This document shows, piece by piece, positions 34,701 through 47,153 of a stretch of DNA of 64,000 nt (within the stretch, counting starts at the first letter, position 1; each line of letters starts with the position of its first letter). A program made the position numbers and the translations under genes. A model generated the notes under the pieces. The model did no database searches and was not told the DNA's origin. It worked only from the letters and a program-made list of their open reading frames with translations. Source of the DNA: Podarcis gaigeae. Taxonomy: Eukaryota. The stretch is taken from assembly GCA_964106915.2 (NCBI GenBank), contig OZ066920.1; one strand, given 5' to 3'.

Positions 34701-37107
34701 GCTCGGTTTCAAACACTTGGGGTTGCAGCAACTGCTGCACTTCTGTTTGTCCAACAAACTTCCAGGTGTGCAACAGAACTTCTCTTTCTTCTTCTGATGC
34801 CTGTGACCCTCCCATTGTGTATCCTCAACATCTGCTTCAGAGGGTTGGGGGACCCTTTGGAGCAGATTTTGGGGTGGAGCTATAAGAGGGAGGACAAGGA
34901 GAGCAATTCCCATTGCATGAGTGAAAATTGCGTTGTGCAGCAGCCATTGGATACGTCCCTCCATCCTTTTCTTCCCTTCCCTTTATCTATGGCATCTACT
35001 GACTCCACCCACTTCTGCCAAGCCCAGCTCACAGAATGCAAGGATTTAATCTACATTTTCTTGGACTTTAATAAACTGTGACTGAAATCTGGAAGAGCAA
35101 ATGAGGTAGCAGGAAAATTGAGTGAAGGTGAGAAAATCTTTGCTATCCCCTGAAGTCATCTTTGGTGCACAGTGCATCTGTGAGACAGATTGCCCTCTGG
35201 CAGGATTCTGATGAGGAAACAGGATTTGTGATGGGTGGTGAACCGGTTCCATACTGAGTACCTTGTGACTTCCAAGAGAACTATATAACTGTTTCCTGCA
35301 CACTCTATGCCAAACTGTGGCCCTCTAGCTTCGTTCAGCTGGTCCACAGCATGTTAGAATTATACAATATAAGAAATAAAAGAAGCAGTAAAAATACAAT
35401 TAAAAGTCACACATACAGCATCTAGCATAGTGCATTTCAATTGCTATAACAGGCAGAAAACCCAGCAATTTCCAAGTGGTCCATGGGAGCAAAAGTTTGG
35501 GAAACATTGCTCTGTGCAGCTGCCCACTGGGTAGGAACTCAAGTTGCTTAACTCTATTGCATGGCATGTCCTTGCATGAGTCTGCATCCTCAGACCGTAT
35601 GTTTGCAGACCACTTGTTTGAAAGCTCCTACTTTTATGAATATGGAATATGAGAGGCTGTCCTTAACCAATTCTGCATTCTCACTACTGCCTTTTGACCT
35701 CTAATGCTTAATGTCTTCGGATTACTGAATTTAGCTAAAATTGAGCAGAGGGGAGTTATATTCTTGATAAATATAATGTTTCCAAACTAAGCTATCTTTA
35801 ATGACAAGTGTCCTTTTAAGATGACCTATGATTACAACCCACGGTTTTGCTGTCATTTAAGCTAGAGGGGACATGTGTTGCTGTCTTGCTCAATTGATGG
35901 GATTGGATAGATGACTGAGTGATGAGACCGCGGGCCGGGTCTTTAGCTTGTCATCTTGTCTGTAATTCAGTATGACAGCATGCATGCAAGGCCAGTAGAT
36001 TTCTTCCATCGTCCTTATGCTTCGAGACAGAGCTCTCTGTGTGCTTTGGTGCTCTACATATTCTAGCTAGCTGAAACTTCCATGCATAGAAGTGTTATCT
36101 CATTAACCATAAAGCCTTGGCAAGTTGTTTAGTATGGCTCATTTCTTGGTGAATTTCTCCTGTTCTGCTATGACATACAAACTAATGTTCATTTTGAACC
36201 AAGTTATGAAGCTACTGCCTGCTGTATCTTAGTGTTTAACATGTTACGTATTTCCTTTTCCATTTCTCTCATTCGGGTGGTCTCTTTCCTCCTTTCAATC
36301 TTCCATTATCAAAACAGCTAAGAATTGCTAGGAATTATGGGATGTTTCAAGGAGCATGATATAGCTAGTTGTCAGTAAGGAATTCTAAGCACCTTTATAC
36401 CTTGACTTGGTAGGTCAAGCCCTTCTGTTATTTTGTGGGTTTTTAACTAAACGAATTAGTACAATTATTTTCTCTCTCAAATTTTGGTGGATGAAAGGCT
36501 GTTGGAAAAAATTGGAGGAAATTGCCTGGTAGAGACAGAGAATAAAACAGCTGAACTAATCTTAGGTGTTAATTAGAATATTAACAATTCAAATATAATT
36601 TCTCTCTCTCTCTCTCTTTCTAAAAGATTAGCTGTTCTTTTCATTACTGGGTTGTTTTTTTAACACAAGCAAATAAGTGTTTCGTTTTTTTGAAAGATGA
36701 AGCATCCTTCCTGCAGTCAGGTTTTCTAATGTACTAGTCTATTTGAATTTTTATTTGTTAATCTGCATGGATCATGATATATTAACACACGCATAATATT
36801 TAAAAATCTGTCCACATATATTATGCATAGGTATATTGCATGTTGAAAAATATATAGCATTTGTTCTGAAAGTAAGCTCATGGAAAGAGCATGGAGATCG
36901 GGCAGGGGGTGGGACAAGGAGATCGGGTGGGCGGCTGGGATGGTGAGGGTGTGTGTCTCCTGCTTTGCCCTCCCAAAATGTTGAAGGGTATGATGTGTAA
37001 CTTAATATACAATGCCCTGCAAAGGCATTGCTCCACAGCTTCAGTAAGATCTTATAAGGGCTTTCTTTCCTCATGCCACTTCAGTTGTTAGGGGTCTCTA
37101 ACCGGAG

Positions 37108-37386
37108 TACGGGTGGAGAACATGTTGCCCTCCCAGATGTTTCTGGGCCCCTGGGATAGCTCAGTTGGCAGCGCATGAGACTCTTAATCTCAGAGTCGTG
37201 GGTTTGAGCCCCATGATGGGCAAAAGTTTCCTGCATTGCAGGGGGTTGGTCTAGATGACCCTCGTGGTTCCTTTCAACTCTACAATTCTATGATCACTAT
37301 GATTGCGACTCACAGCTCCCATCATCCCTGACCAGTGGAAATTGGAGTCCAGCAATGTATGGAGGGCCACTGGTTCCCCACCCCTA
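37108..37386. mobile_element. hAT-type MITE interrupted by a SINE
   Basis: Left part gggtggagaacatgttgccctcccagatgtttctgg (to ~37146); right part actcacagctcccatcatccctgacca..ggagggccactggttccccacccct (from ~37308). Confidence 0.7.
37147..37304 (+). mobile_element. tRNA-Lys(CTT)-derived SINE with CR1 3' tail
   Basis: Head gatagctcagttggcagcgcatgagactCTTaatctcagagtcgtgggtttgagccccatgatgggc follows vertebrate tRNA-Lys-CTT; tail gggggttggtctagatgacc..tttcaactctacaattctatgat is CR1-type. Same architecture as the tRNA-Lys/CR1 SINE described from Podarcis. Confidence 0.88.
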
Positions 37387-40270
37387 CTCCAGACAGACAT
37401 TTCTCTCTGCTTCTGGCATCATCCAAAATTACTACAGGATACTTGGAGGCTGTGTCCAGCATCTGAGCAGTTTTTACTTATTAAGCAATTCAGGAGCCAG
37501 TTTGTGGCTTGGAAGTATTTTCACGAGGACTTAAGCGAAAAGGTTACTAAAAGCAAATTAATTTTAAAAAATAACTGTGAGCTCCTGTTATTAGGAGCAT
37601 TGAACCGGCAGCCAAAGTTTGACAACAGTTTCTCCACCTTAATCAGTGGGCCTTGCTTGGGGTGGCCTTAATTTTTATTTTTAACACTTGGATTTTGTTC
37701 CCAATGACTGAACTTCTTTGCTGCCAGCGTGTTACCCTTTGTTTTGAATAAGAAATTTATTGTGCAGAATGAATGTTGGAATGGGACAAGGGATTTGGTC
37801 TTTTCGTGTATTTTTTCTTCTTCCCCTGATTGAAATTGGTTCCGCAAAACGGAAATTTGCCAAGCAAATCTGTTTACAGAACACTCTGCTTCTTAATATA
37901 ACGAAAGCAACCAGAAGGAGGAAAATGCTGCAAAGCATCAAATAAAGAGCTGTTTTAATGGGGCAGTGACATTTTGCAGAATTTTCCCTTTTGTATTAGT
38001 TTCCTGCCCGTTAGCTATGTCAGCGTAAGAATTTTCTTGCTGTGTTGCTGGGAATGTGAATAAAATAACTGTGCCCAACTTGCTCCTGATATGTCATAGC
38101 CATGATTTCTGTCCTGAACCATAGAATGAAAATCACTTGCATGCATAGTTTGAATGCTTTGTCTGCCACATAAAATAAAGGCTTGTTTTCCCCCTAGAAG
38201 AATGCAATGACCTCTAGAGGGAGCCATCTGTCTAAGTCGCCTTGCTAATGGTTTTTTTCTGTCTCCCATAAAGTGGCCCTGTAATGGCAAAATTTGGCAA
38301 CACTGGATCTGTAGCTATACTGTTAGCTCTGATATGTGCATCTTTGTAGACTGACCTCCGGCAGAAGAAAGCGAAAGAATAGACCAACGGTAGCCGTGAA
38401 TAATTTGTTGTGTGCCTGTAGCCACAGTCAGCAGATGATGTTTTATTCCATAATAAAATGCACACTTCTGGGGCATATTTGTAGTAACTACTAACCACAG
38501 TGACAGTCACTCTGTATTTATTGTTTTGATGTCACATTCTTTTGTGCTACACACCCAAATAATACTTTTCTAAAGATCATGAGTATGTTGACAAAAGGTA
38601 CAACATTGGGTTAAAAAATTAGACTGCAGAATAAATTATTCTGGGAACTTTGCCCATTCTCTCCCCACCCCCACTTTACAAGGTGGAATTCATTGCACTA
38701 TAGTCTAAAATAATTTGCAATCAAGATATGGAGAAAATTCCTTTATAAAAATGCTGGGTTGACATTAATGTAATTTTTCCATTGGAGCCATGAAAGACTC
38801 TCAAACGAGAAAGACTTGTATAATGAAGAACTGTAACTAGCAGTACGGAGCATAATTGCAATAGTTCGTTTGTTTACATTTTGTGTATTTTTCCCTTTCT
38901 CTCTTGGAAAAAACGTTTCCAAAAAGTAACTTCTTTTTTGTGCTGTTTATAGATTTATTTTTCCAAAACAATGCTATAGTTTTTGCTATTTAGATGTAGC
39001 AAGAGAATATTATTTCATGAATGAAAGCTTTAAAATAACATGAAACATTTCTGTGATTTTTTTCTTACTGAACAGGTTTTTTTTCAGTTTATGTACCCAA
39101 CTGCTGCCCCACTTTTTGGGTACAGAACATTTATTCTGACTGTTCTCTACACACATTTTTTTGCATCCAAATACCTTCAAAAGGAAAGAGTCACCACAGA
39201 GTAAAATAATTTTGAGGGGTGGGATGGGGATCCATATTTATTATTTTGCAAGGCACAAAGGCTGTCTGTTTTTAGCTGGGAGACCAAAAAATGATGCATG
39301 CCAAACCACATCCCTAATTGACCTTTTAAAAATTCATTTTACTCCAGGCACCCCCCCTACCCAAAATCATGAGAAAAATGAATTTTTTTATAAATGATGA
39401 TTATCAGTGGGATAATTCTCAGACTACTGCTGTGTATGAGCTACCTGTGAATGATGAATTAATAATTCTTGAAGCATTGGCCCCCAAACTCTTATGCCTG
39501 TAACATTTATATAAGTGTGTGAAAGAGGAAAAAATCTGAAAACTACATTTTCATGTCTTGAATTGCTAATAAGCTGGACATCCTTAGTAGTCTAATAAAT
39601 AAATGTAATAGTTTCAAATTCATACATGCCAATTAAATAAAAATGAGTGTTCAGGATGGAGTGTGGAAGCACTCAGTCAAGCATACCTGTTTAGAGTTTC
39701 CCTTCATTCTTGGTTTCCATAACTGTGTTGCAATAAACCCAGATCTGGAATTATCCAGGGGAAGATGGAATTTTTATGTTTCAAAATTAAAGCTCCTTGG
39801 GATAGAAGAAAGATAGCTTTCCCCCTCATGAAATGAGATGACAAGTTGGCATATCTATAGTATTTGCAGGGTACGAAGTGTTTTACAAATCTTATTTAAT
39901 TAATGTCATAACACTCCTAACATTGTTTAGACTTGTGATTTGCCCAAGGCCATCCAGTGAGCATTAGACAGGCCTGCGTGAGAGTTTCAGATTTGGATGC
40001 TCACACTGCTAATGTTTGGTCTGACGGTTGCTGATGCAGCTATTCCTTGCAGTGGCAGCTAGTCAGAATGGGAATTAATAGCTGTATGAAGATGTGGTCA
40101 GCCAGTTGTCGTCTTTAACAAAAAGCTTGGTTTAATTGGAACTCAGCATGTGCCCCAGAAATATGTTCTCTTTTGGCTTTGCTTCAGGCAATGAACACAG
40201 CACTATCGCCAAGGAAACTGGAGAAAACAACAATGGTTTAAGCTCAGTTTGGAGCTGGATTGGTTTAAGC

Positions 40271-40406
40271 CAGGCATAGGTAAACTCCGGCCCTCCAGAT
40301 GGTTGGGACTACAGTTCCCATCATCCCTGACAACTGGTCCTGTTAGCTAGGAATGATGGGAATTGTAGTCCCAAACATCTGGAAAGCCAGAGTTTGCCTA
40401 TGCCTG
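40271..40406. mobile_element. hAT-type palindromic MITE, intact
   Basis: TIR CAGGCATAGG(T/C)AAACTC; perfect 8-bp TSD GTTTAAGC at 40263-70 and 40407-14. Confidence 0.92.
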
Positions 40407-40880
40407 GTTTAAGCCAAACTTCCGACCATAGCAACAACCTTCATATATGGACCCCACTAAGTGCAAAAAATGATAATTCCCTGGAACTTTTACCATATCA
40501 AATGCAAGTGCACTTCCTTATTCATTAACTCTGGGAAAGTAACAGTGAGGCTTCCTCCAGCAAGTGGCTTCTACCAGTAGCTGAATTAAGTCTAAATGTA
40601 CTTTTCCAGGGAAATATCTGCACCTTTCCTTGGGGAGGGGGGCACCTGAATATGAGTTCTGATTGGCTAGAGTCCCCAAGTGACCTTCCTGTTCCACTTC
40701 AGCAGAAAAATTAGTTGGTTATACCTGCTGACACTTCACTAACCGTGTCCTTTGTCACATAGTGTACTTTCTGCCCAGCACTGTCCTTAATTGCAAAGTC
40801 AGTTGCAGCCTGTGGGAAAAATGATGCTCTACCTAAAAACATGGAGCAACACTGTTCTTATCCCAGCACAGGGCCACCAT

Positions 40881-40924
40881 GGTTTTATTTCCCACCAGTT
40901 GTTGGTTGTATTTCCCACCAGTTG
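40881..40924 (+). repeat. Short tandem duplication (23-bp period)
   Basis: ggttttatttcccaccagttg tt ggttgtatttcccaccagttg. Confidence 0.8.
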
Positions 40925-43529
40925 ACACCCCAAACTATGGCAGATCTGGCTACCAATCCTTCCTCAGACAGTATAATAAATAAACTTGAATGTTTTGTTC
41001 TTTAAATTACACTGCCGGCTTTAAAACTTGTTAATAAATTCTTCTCCTTTGTGCACAATTAATATTACAGTAGTGGGCTTTAGACATGGGATGAACATAT
41101 ATATGGATTTAGAGATATAGAGATAGATATCGATAAAGCCTACTTATAATTTATATCATTAGACATTATCAGCGTTTCAGTAGTTCCTTGAATTGTGTAC
41201 TGTCTCTTTAAGGAAACTGTTACATCCTCAAATAAGTTCATTTCCCTACTTAAAACTCATCATTTTCCTAACTTCACCCCTGCTCTCAATCTGGTTAAGT
41301 ACCAACTCTGGTCAAGGACTCATTGGAAGTAAACAGAGTTGAATGGAGTTTCTTAGCTGTTACTCACCATTGGCTTCTTGTGATGGATCCTTTTTTCTTT
41401 GGAAAGCTTGCTTCAGCTTCCCTTGAAGTCTTCATTTTGATTAGGGACCTGTGGACCAGGACACAGCAAGAAGGAGTCATGGTGTCCTCCTCTGATGTCT
41501 TCTTCCTTCTTAAGGCCAACTGCATAATACTGTCACACTGACCAGAAACTGGATAAACACCTCTGAAGTCTTCTCATAACTTGTGCCTCTGCCTTAAGTG
41601 GTATAAGTTAATAATCACCTCTTCACCTCCTTCCTAGCACTAGACCATACCACCCCTGGAAAGGGCTGTGTTTTCCCTTATATACCTCTAGAGCTGCCTG
41701 CTCATTGGCCTTTCTAAACTAATGGGGGCAAATAGAACATTCTTAAATGGCCTCCAAAGCTTCACCTTTTGAATCCTCTAGTCTACTGTACTGTATAAGG
41801 TAACAGGCCTAGTTTTGATGTCTCTATAGCTTCATACAGTTATGGCCCCATTTAACCTCTTCCTGTTATTTATAAACACAACAGTATTCCCTTTTAAAAC
41901 ACAGTATTATTACACACAGCTATTCTAATGCATAGGAAACAGGTCCAACTTCCTGCATCTGCAAAGAGTTGGGCTAGATGAACTTCCAACTATATGGAAG
42001 TTGGCTATTAAGAATCCTTGGTTTCTGACTGTGTGGTTGCCTTGTTATCCTAAATTATATTTAGATGGCTAAGTGGCTACTCGTGTGTTCCTCTCCTTGG
42101 AGGGAAAAAAAGGGAAAGGCCATGTGCAAAGGAAGTGGGAGAGAATTAGCCTGAGGATTTGGACTGGATTTGGCTTGTAGTCCATAGATCTTGTTGCAGA
42201 CATAAAGATCACATGAAAATAAAATACTTAAAACAGAATGTGATGTGCATATTTGCCAGGCTAAATGAGTCCACATGGGTGACTTCCATTCCATGCAACT
42301 ACACAATATTCACTGTGCTTTTATTTTGTTTTTCTGTTAGAAAATAGTGCTTCAGTGGGTACTGGCAGAGGTTGATGTCGTTTTACAAAAGCCAACTACT
42401 GCCCTGTGGAAGCTGTTGCCGGTGCTCTTGCTTGGAAAGACCAAGTGCCCCCAAATCTAAACTGGTCTCCTGCATTGGTAACATGTTGTATTAACAGCAG
42501 ATTCATTTATTTCCTAATTAACAAAAAGTGTTCTTTTTATTTAAGCCATCTGGCTGGAGAGCATGTTGTTTAGCTGCTTGCCATTACAGATTGGAGCTAC
42601 ATGGAGAGAAAGATGTCTCAGTTCTTGTTTTGGCTTGTGTCTGGTTTGATGTCGTAGGTGCACTATTGCACATGCTCGTCACTGCAGCATTCATTCCTCA
42701 CTGACTGCAAAAAAGTGTGTTAAAATACTTCTTTTTACCAACAAAACAGGTATTGTTTTGACAGCCTATTTCATGCCACTCCATCAATTGCAATTCAGAC
42801 TTGCGGTTCTCTTTACACAACAATGAAAGAACCTGGAGCCAAGCTCTTTAGATGACCCTCCTCTGTAGGGGCTTGCCAAGAATTTTAAAATAGCCCCATG
42901 GTGGTCTCTTGGCTCATCTTCATTAGTGATGATGTACTTGTGTGGATTCAGTGCTGTAACATGAAAGGTCTACTGCTTTTTACCGATCCATCTTCTCTGC
43001 GGTTCCCTTCTGTTTCTCACTGTGCATGTAACCTTTCCCTGGTCTTTCCTAGCTGTGCTGTCTCACATCTCCATTCTGTCTTGAAGTGGAATTCTGCCTG
43101 ACCTCTAAATTTTCTCTTTCCTGTGCAGCTTTCATTGTTTCTCCACCTTTGCTATATGAGTATTAGTCCATAAATTATCATTTTCAACAGATATGCAATT
43201 CTACTTTCCCATAATATCAAAGATCTTCTAGCCTCTGCTATAATCTTCTACTGATACTACTAGTCTTGACCTCCAGGAATATATTAATAAGAATATATTC
43301 TTGCCTTACAGGCCAGTCTTCAGCTTAGTTATTCAGGCTGATAAAAAGCATGCAATTGGATAGCTTCCACAGCTAAAACAGTAGCAAGCAAAATTGTGCT
43401 CTGTAGTCTAGCATTGGCCAACATTATACTCCATAATTGCAGAAGACAGTATTGGGCCCTGAATTGTTTCTTTGACACATTAGTACTTCACTACACATGG
43501 AGGTTGACTTGGGAGCAGTCTGACTCGAG

Positions 43530-43706
43530 ACCACAGTGGAAAAAACCACATGATTTGTATCCAGAAGGTCGCCGGTTCATCCCCTCCCATCTCCAGCTAG
43601 TGGTTGGAAAGACTCCTGTGTAGAACTGGAGAACCTTGGCCACTCAGTGTAGACAACACTGTTGTAGGTGGATTAAGAGTCTGAACCTGTATAAGGCAGC
43701 TTCCTA
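43530..43706 (+). mobile_element. tRNA-derived SINE (Squam3-like), degenerate
   Basis: cagaaggtc..ggttcatcccc..catctccag..cagtgtagacaacact..gtataaggcagcttccta. Confidence 0.65.
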
Positions 43707-43987
43707 CCAGTAGAGAGTACTTTTTCTCAGATGACTGAATCATCAAGATAGCCTCATGCATTTGGGAATAGAGGCATAGTTATGGACCATCTGGATTCTA
43801 AGCATACCTCCCTCCGCCTTGCAACCCAAGGCCCACTGTCTAGATGTGATGGTGAAAGAAACAGGTTTCAGTGTGGAGTGTGAAATTGGAGCTGGCAAGG
43901 AAACTGGAACAACTAATTGCATGGATGCAATAGATGTTAGGGGTGCTCCGCTGAACAGAGCCTCCTCAGATATAGTTTGGCTTAAAA

Positions 43988-44440
43988 CAGGGATGGGGAA
44001 ACCATGGCACTCCTGACATTGTTGGACTCTAGTTTAGCTTTGTGCCAGCCAGCATGACCAGTTGTGACTGTGGTACAGCTGGTGCCTACCCTTTTAGATC
44101 CCAGCAGAAGACCTGGTTATTAGCCCAGGATGTCGAAATCAAGCCTTTATCGGGAGAAACTGGCAACTCTCCCAGGCACCCGGCTTGGTCTCCTGTTGAC
44201 CTCCCTGGCTGCATTCCCCAGCAAGTATTTCTAGTGGAAATACTTACATTTTTATTTCACTGCTTTTGACTTACCTGCCTTGCTTTTTTTAACAGCATTG
44301 TGAATTTGAAGTGGTTTTAATTCTAACTCACTCTAAAATGGTTGTTCAATGAAGAGTAGGTAGGAATTTTTTTAATTTAATAAAAAACATACATTTTAAA
44401 AAATGGTGAGGGATGATGAAAGTTGTGATCCAACAACATC
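43988..44440. mobile_element. hAT MITE halves flanking an old L2-like 3' fragment
   Basis: cagggatggggaaacc.. (43988-44070) and gggatgatgaaagttgtgatccaacaacatc (44410-44440) separated by tttagatcccagcagaagacctggttatt.. and a T-rich UTR. Confidence 0.4.
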
Positions 44441-46111
44441 CAAGCTCATGAACTGATTCATGGTAGAGTGGCTCTCATGTTTAGAAATATACATTTGTAA
44501 GGTAAGCTTTGGCACAGAGAAGAAGTCTCTGCTCTCTTAACCATGCTTAAGTAGACTGGGAGTGCATCATGGATTCTTTTTAATTTTAACTCTGGTCTAG
44601 AGTTATATCTGCACAGTGGTTAACACTTTTATCAAGGTTTCCAACTCTTATTCAAACTTGGTTTGAAGCACTAATTTAAATTTCTAGGAAAGGGTGTGCT
44701 CCATAGGTCATGCCTTATATTTATTAAAATGTTTATGTTATTCAAATATGCCTAACAGTTTTCCAGTTGGGCTTTGTGGAAAAGCACCAGTTTTCAGGTA
44801 GGCTTACAGGTTAGCCGTGTTGTTGTCTGGTGGCCATCATATTACTCAGCAGAGATGTAGACAGGCAAGTTGACTTAGCAGGGTGTCAAGATGGGCATTT
44901 CAACATGGAATCAAATGCATAGAAAGTTCATACAACTGTACTGCAACATAATTTTTTTTGCAGCAGCAAGGTCATTAACTATTCTCTAAAACTGTAATGA
45001 AAACCTTGCTGTTGCAAAAAATTAGAAAAAAATACCGGTAACCCATATCACCAACTAATAGGATACCCATATGTCATATTTTTAAAATAAAAACCCCAAC
45101 ACAGTCTTTAAAACTTTGAACTGAATATGAATTTGTACCAGAGATGAGGGCAAGCAGAAAGAACAGCATTTTTGAGGTTTGATGCTGTACTTTCAAAGCA
45201 ACCAAGATGACACTCCTCTGCTGAAAAGTGTGCCTTCTCTTTTGCCTCTACTACTTTCACATCAAATCTCAGGAATGATGCCATCGCTCCAGGTCAAAGG
45301 AAAAGCAGAACCAGCTGCCTTAAGCCAAACAAAGAGCAGGTTTGCTGTCCTCCCTGCTGTTTTGGCTTGAGCTCTTCAGACTGGAAAATTCAGAAGCATG
45401 ATCTCTCAAGCTTTGTAAATGCCAAAGCCATCTAAGAGGAAAATAGGACAAAGCTACCCCCAGGCAAGTTTGTACAGAAATCCGCTGGCTGCAAGGAAGA
45501 TTTACGGTAAACATCGCGTAGGATGGAACTGCTCCATGGAAATTATTCCACAAGAACAATCCTGAAGGAGTATATATAGGCAGATTTAAAAAAGGAACAT
45601 CTGGGAAATATGGTAGAAGGCAAAGGAAGACTCAACAGATGAGGTATTGCCTTTTCAACAGGGACCACAAGACGGCCATCAACAACAAAGCTGTCTAAAC
45701 AATATTGGCTCAGCCTTGGAAGGTGATTTCATGTTGACAAGGCACACCAAAGGAGAAAGCACATGGGGTGTGCTTCTGCTGTGCTTCAGGGGAATCTGGG
45801 TAGTGAGAGACTGCACCCTTCACATGCTGCTCTGTAAATGGAAAAAAGAGAAAGCCTAGCCTTCACAGACCCAGTCTTCCAGTGCTTGCTGGAAAAAGGC
45901 ACCATAGCTTTAGAAGCAACTACAGCAGCTTCTAAGCAAAAAGGATTAGGTAACACAAAGTGCCAATAAGAACCTTGAGCCTGGAGAAGGATCCAGATTT
46001 GGACCAAGTGCCGCAAGAATACTTCTAAATTGGACTCACTATTCTAAAAATATACTGTCAGTATTCATCCATTTCATTTTGAGCCCAGACCCTTTAGTAT
46101 TATGTCTCTCT

Positions 46112-46473
46112 AGGTAAAGGTAAAGGTACCCCTGCCCGTACGGGCCAGTCTTGACAGACTCTGGGGTTGTGCGCCCATCTCACTTAAAAGGCCAGGGGCC
46201 AGCGCTGTCCGGAGACACTTCCGGGTCACGTGGCCAGCGTGACATCGCTGCTCTGGCGAGCCAGAGCTGCACACGGAAACGCCGTTTACCTTCCCGCTAG
46301 TAAGCGGTTCCTATTTATCTACTTGCACCCAGGGGTGCTTTCGAACTGCTAGGTTGGCAGGCGCTGGGACCGAGCAACGGGAGCGCACCCCGCCGCGGGG
46401 ATTCGAACCGCCGACCTTTCGATCGGCAAGCCCTAGGCGCTGAGGCTTTTACCCACAGCGCCACCCGCGTCCC
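46112..46473 (-). mobile_element. Sauria SINE, young subfamily
   Basis: Minus strand gggacgcgggtggcgctgtggg head, B box ggttcgaatccc, (acctttt/acctt)n-type tail; CpGs retained. Confidence 0.95.
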
Positions 46474-47113
46474 ATATTCTTATAAATGCCATACTGTAAG
46501 ACAGATGCTTTGATAAATGGTGAAATGCAAAATCTAGCAAAACTGACCTATAAAGGTAGGGAGCACCAGTTGACTATTATATTGATGATTATATTTGCTC
46601 CAGATTGAGCAAAATTGCCTTACTGTAAAACACTTTGGAAATACACAGTTCCCCATCTAATGTGACATCATCATCATCATTATTATTATTATAGATTTGG
46701 AGAGGGGGGAGGAAATCTAAAGTGTTAGCCAGGGAAGTTACCATTGAACGCTCTTTTTGGTACTGATTTCATTATCACTAGGATAAATCTTAAGAAAACT
46801 GTTCTGATTTAGAAATATAACTGCTTATCATTGAGGTGTAGAAACTTCATGCTACATGTTCAAGCAGCAACTTATGTACAACATAAATGAGGGAGTTAAA
46901 ACTAAGAGCAATTATTCACGACCAGCTTTCTGTGTGTTGAGTAGTATGATGAGCCATATTTTTGTTGTTGTTGACAGATTATCCCTAAATCGTTCAGTCT
47001 AGCTGGGAAACTTCTTCCCAGGGAAAGTCTATCTTTAAAGTTTGGAGATGAGTTTTTGTATCCTTTGTTTGATTATTGTAAGAGAAGGCACCAATTCTCC
47101 AGAGGATATTTAT

Positions 47114-47115
<2 letters not shown>

Positions 47116-47150
<35 letters not shown>
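47116..47150 (+). repeat. (GT)n microsatellite
   Basis: Seen directly. Confidence 0.95.

Positions 47151-47153
<3 letters not shown>

Noticed and set aside
34599-35081. 160-aa ORF
   Set aside because: Non-ATG start, no domain, no convincing splice context
35208-35225. Other CTGATGA motifs (35208, 21170, 53508) as additional hammerheads
   Set aside because: No stem II plus GAAA plus stem I pairing in the required order
37147-37221. Functional tRNA-Lys gene
   Set aside because: Mutated acceptor stem and T loop, and fused to a CR1 tail, so it is a SINE head
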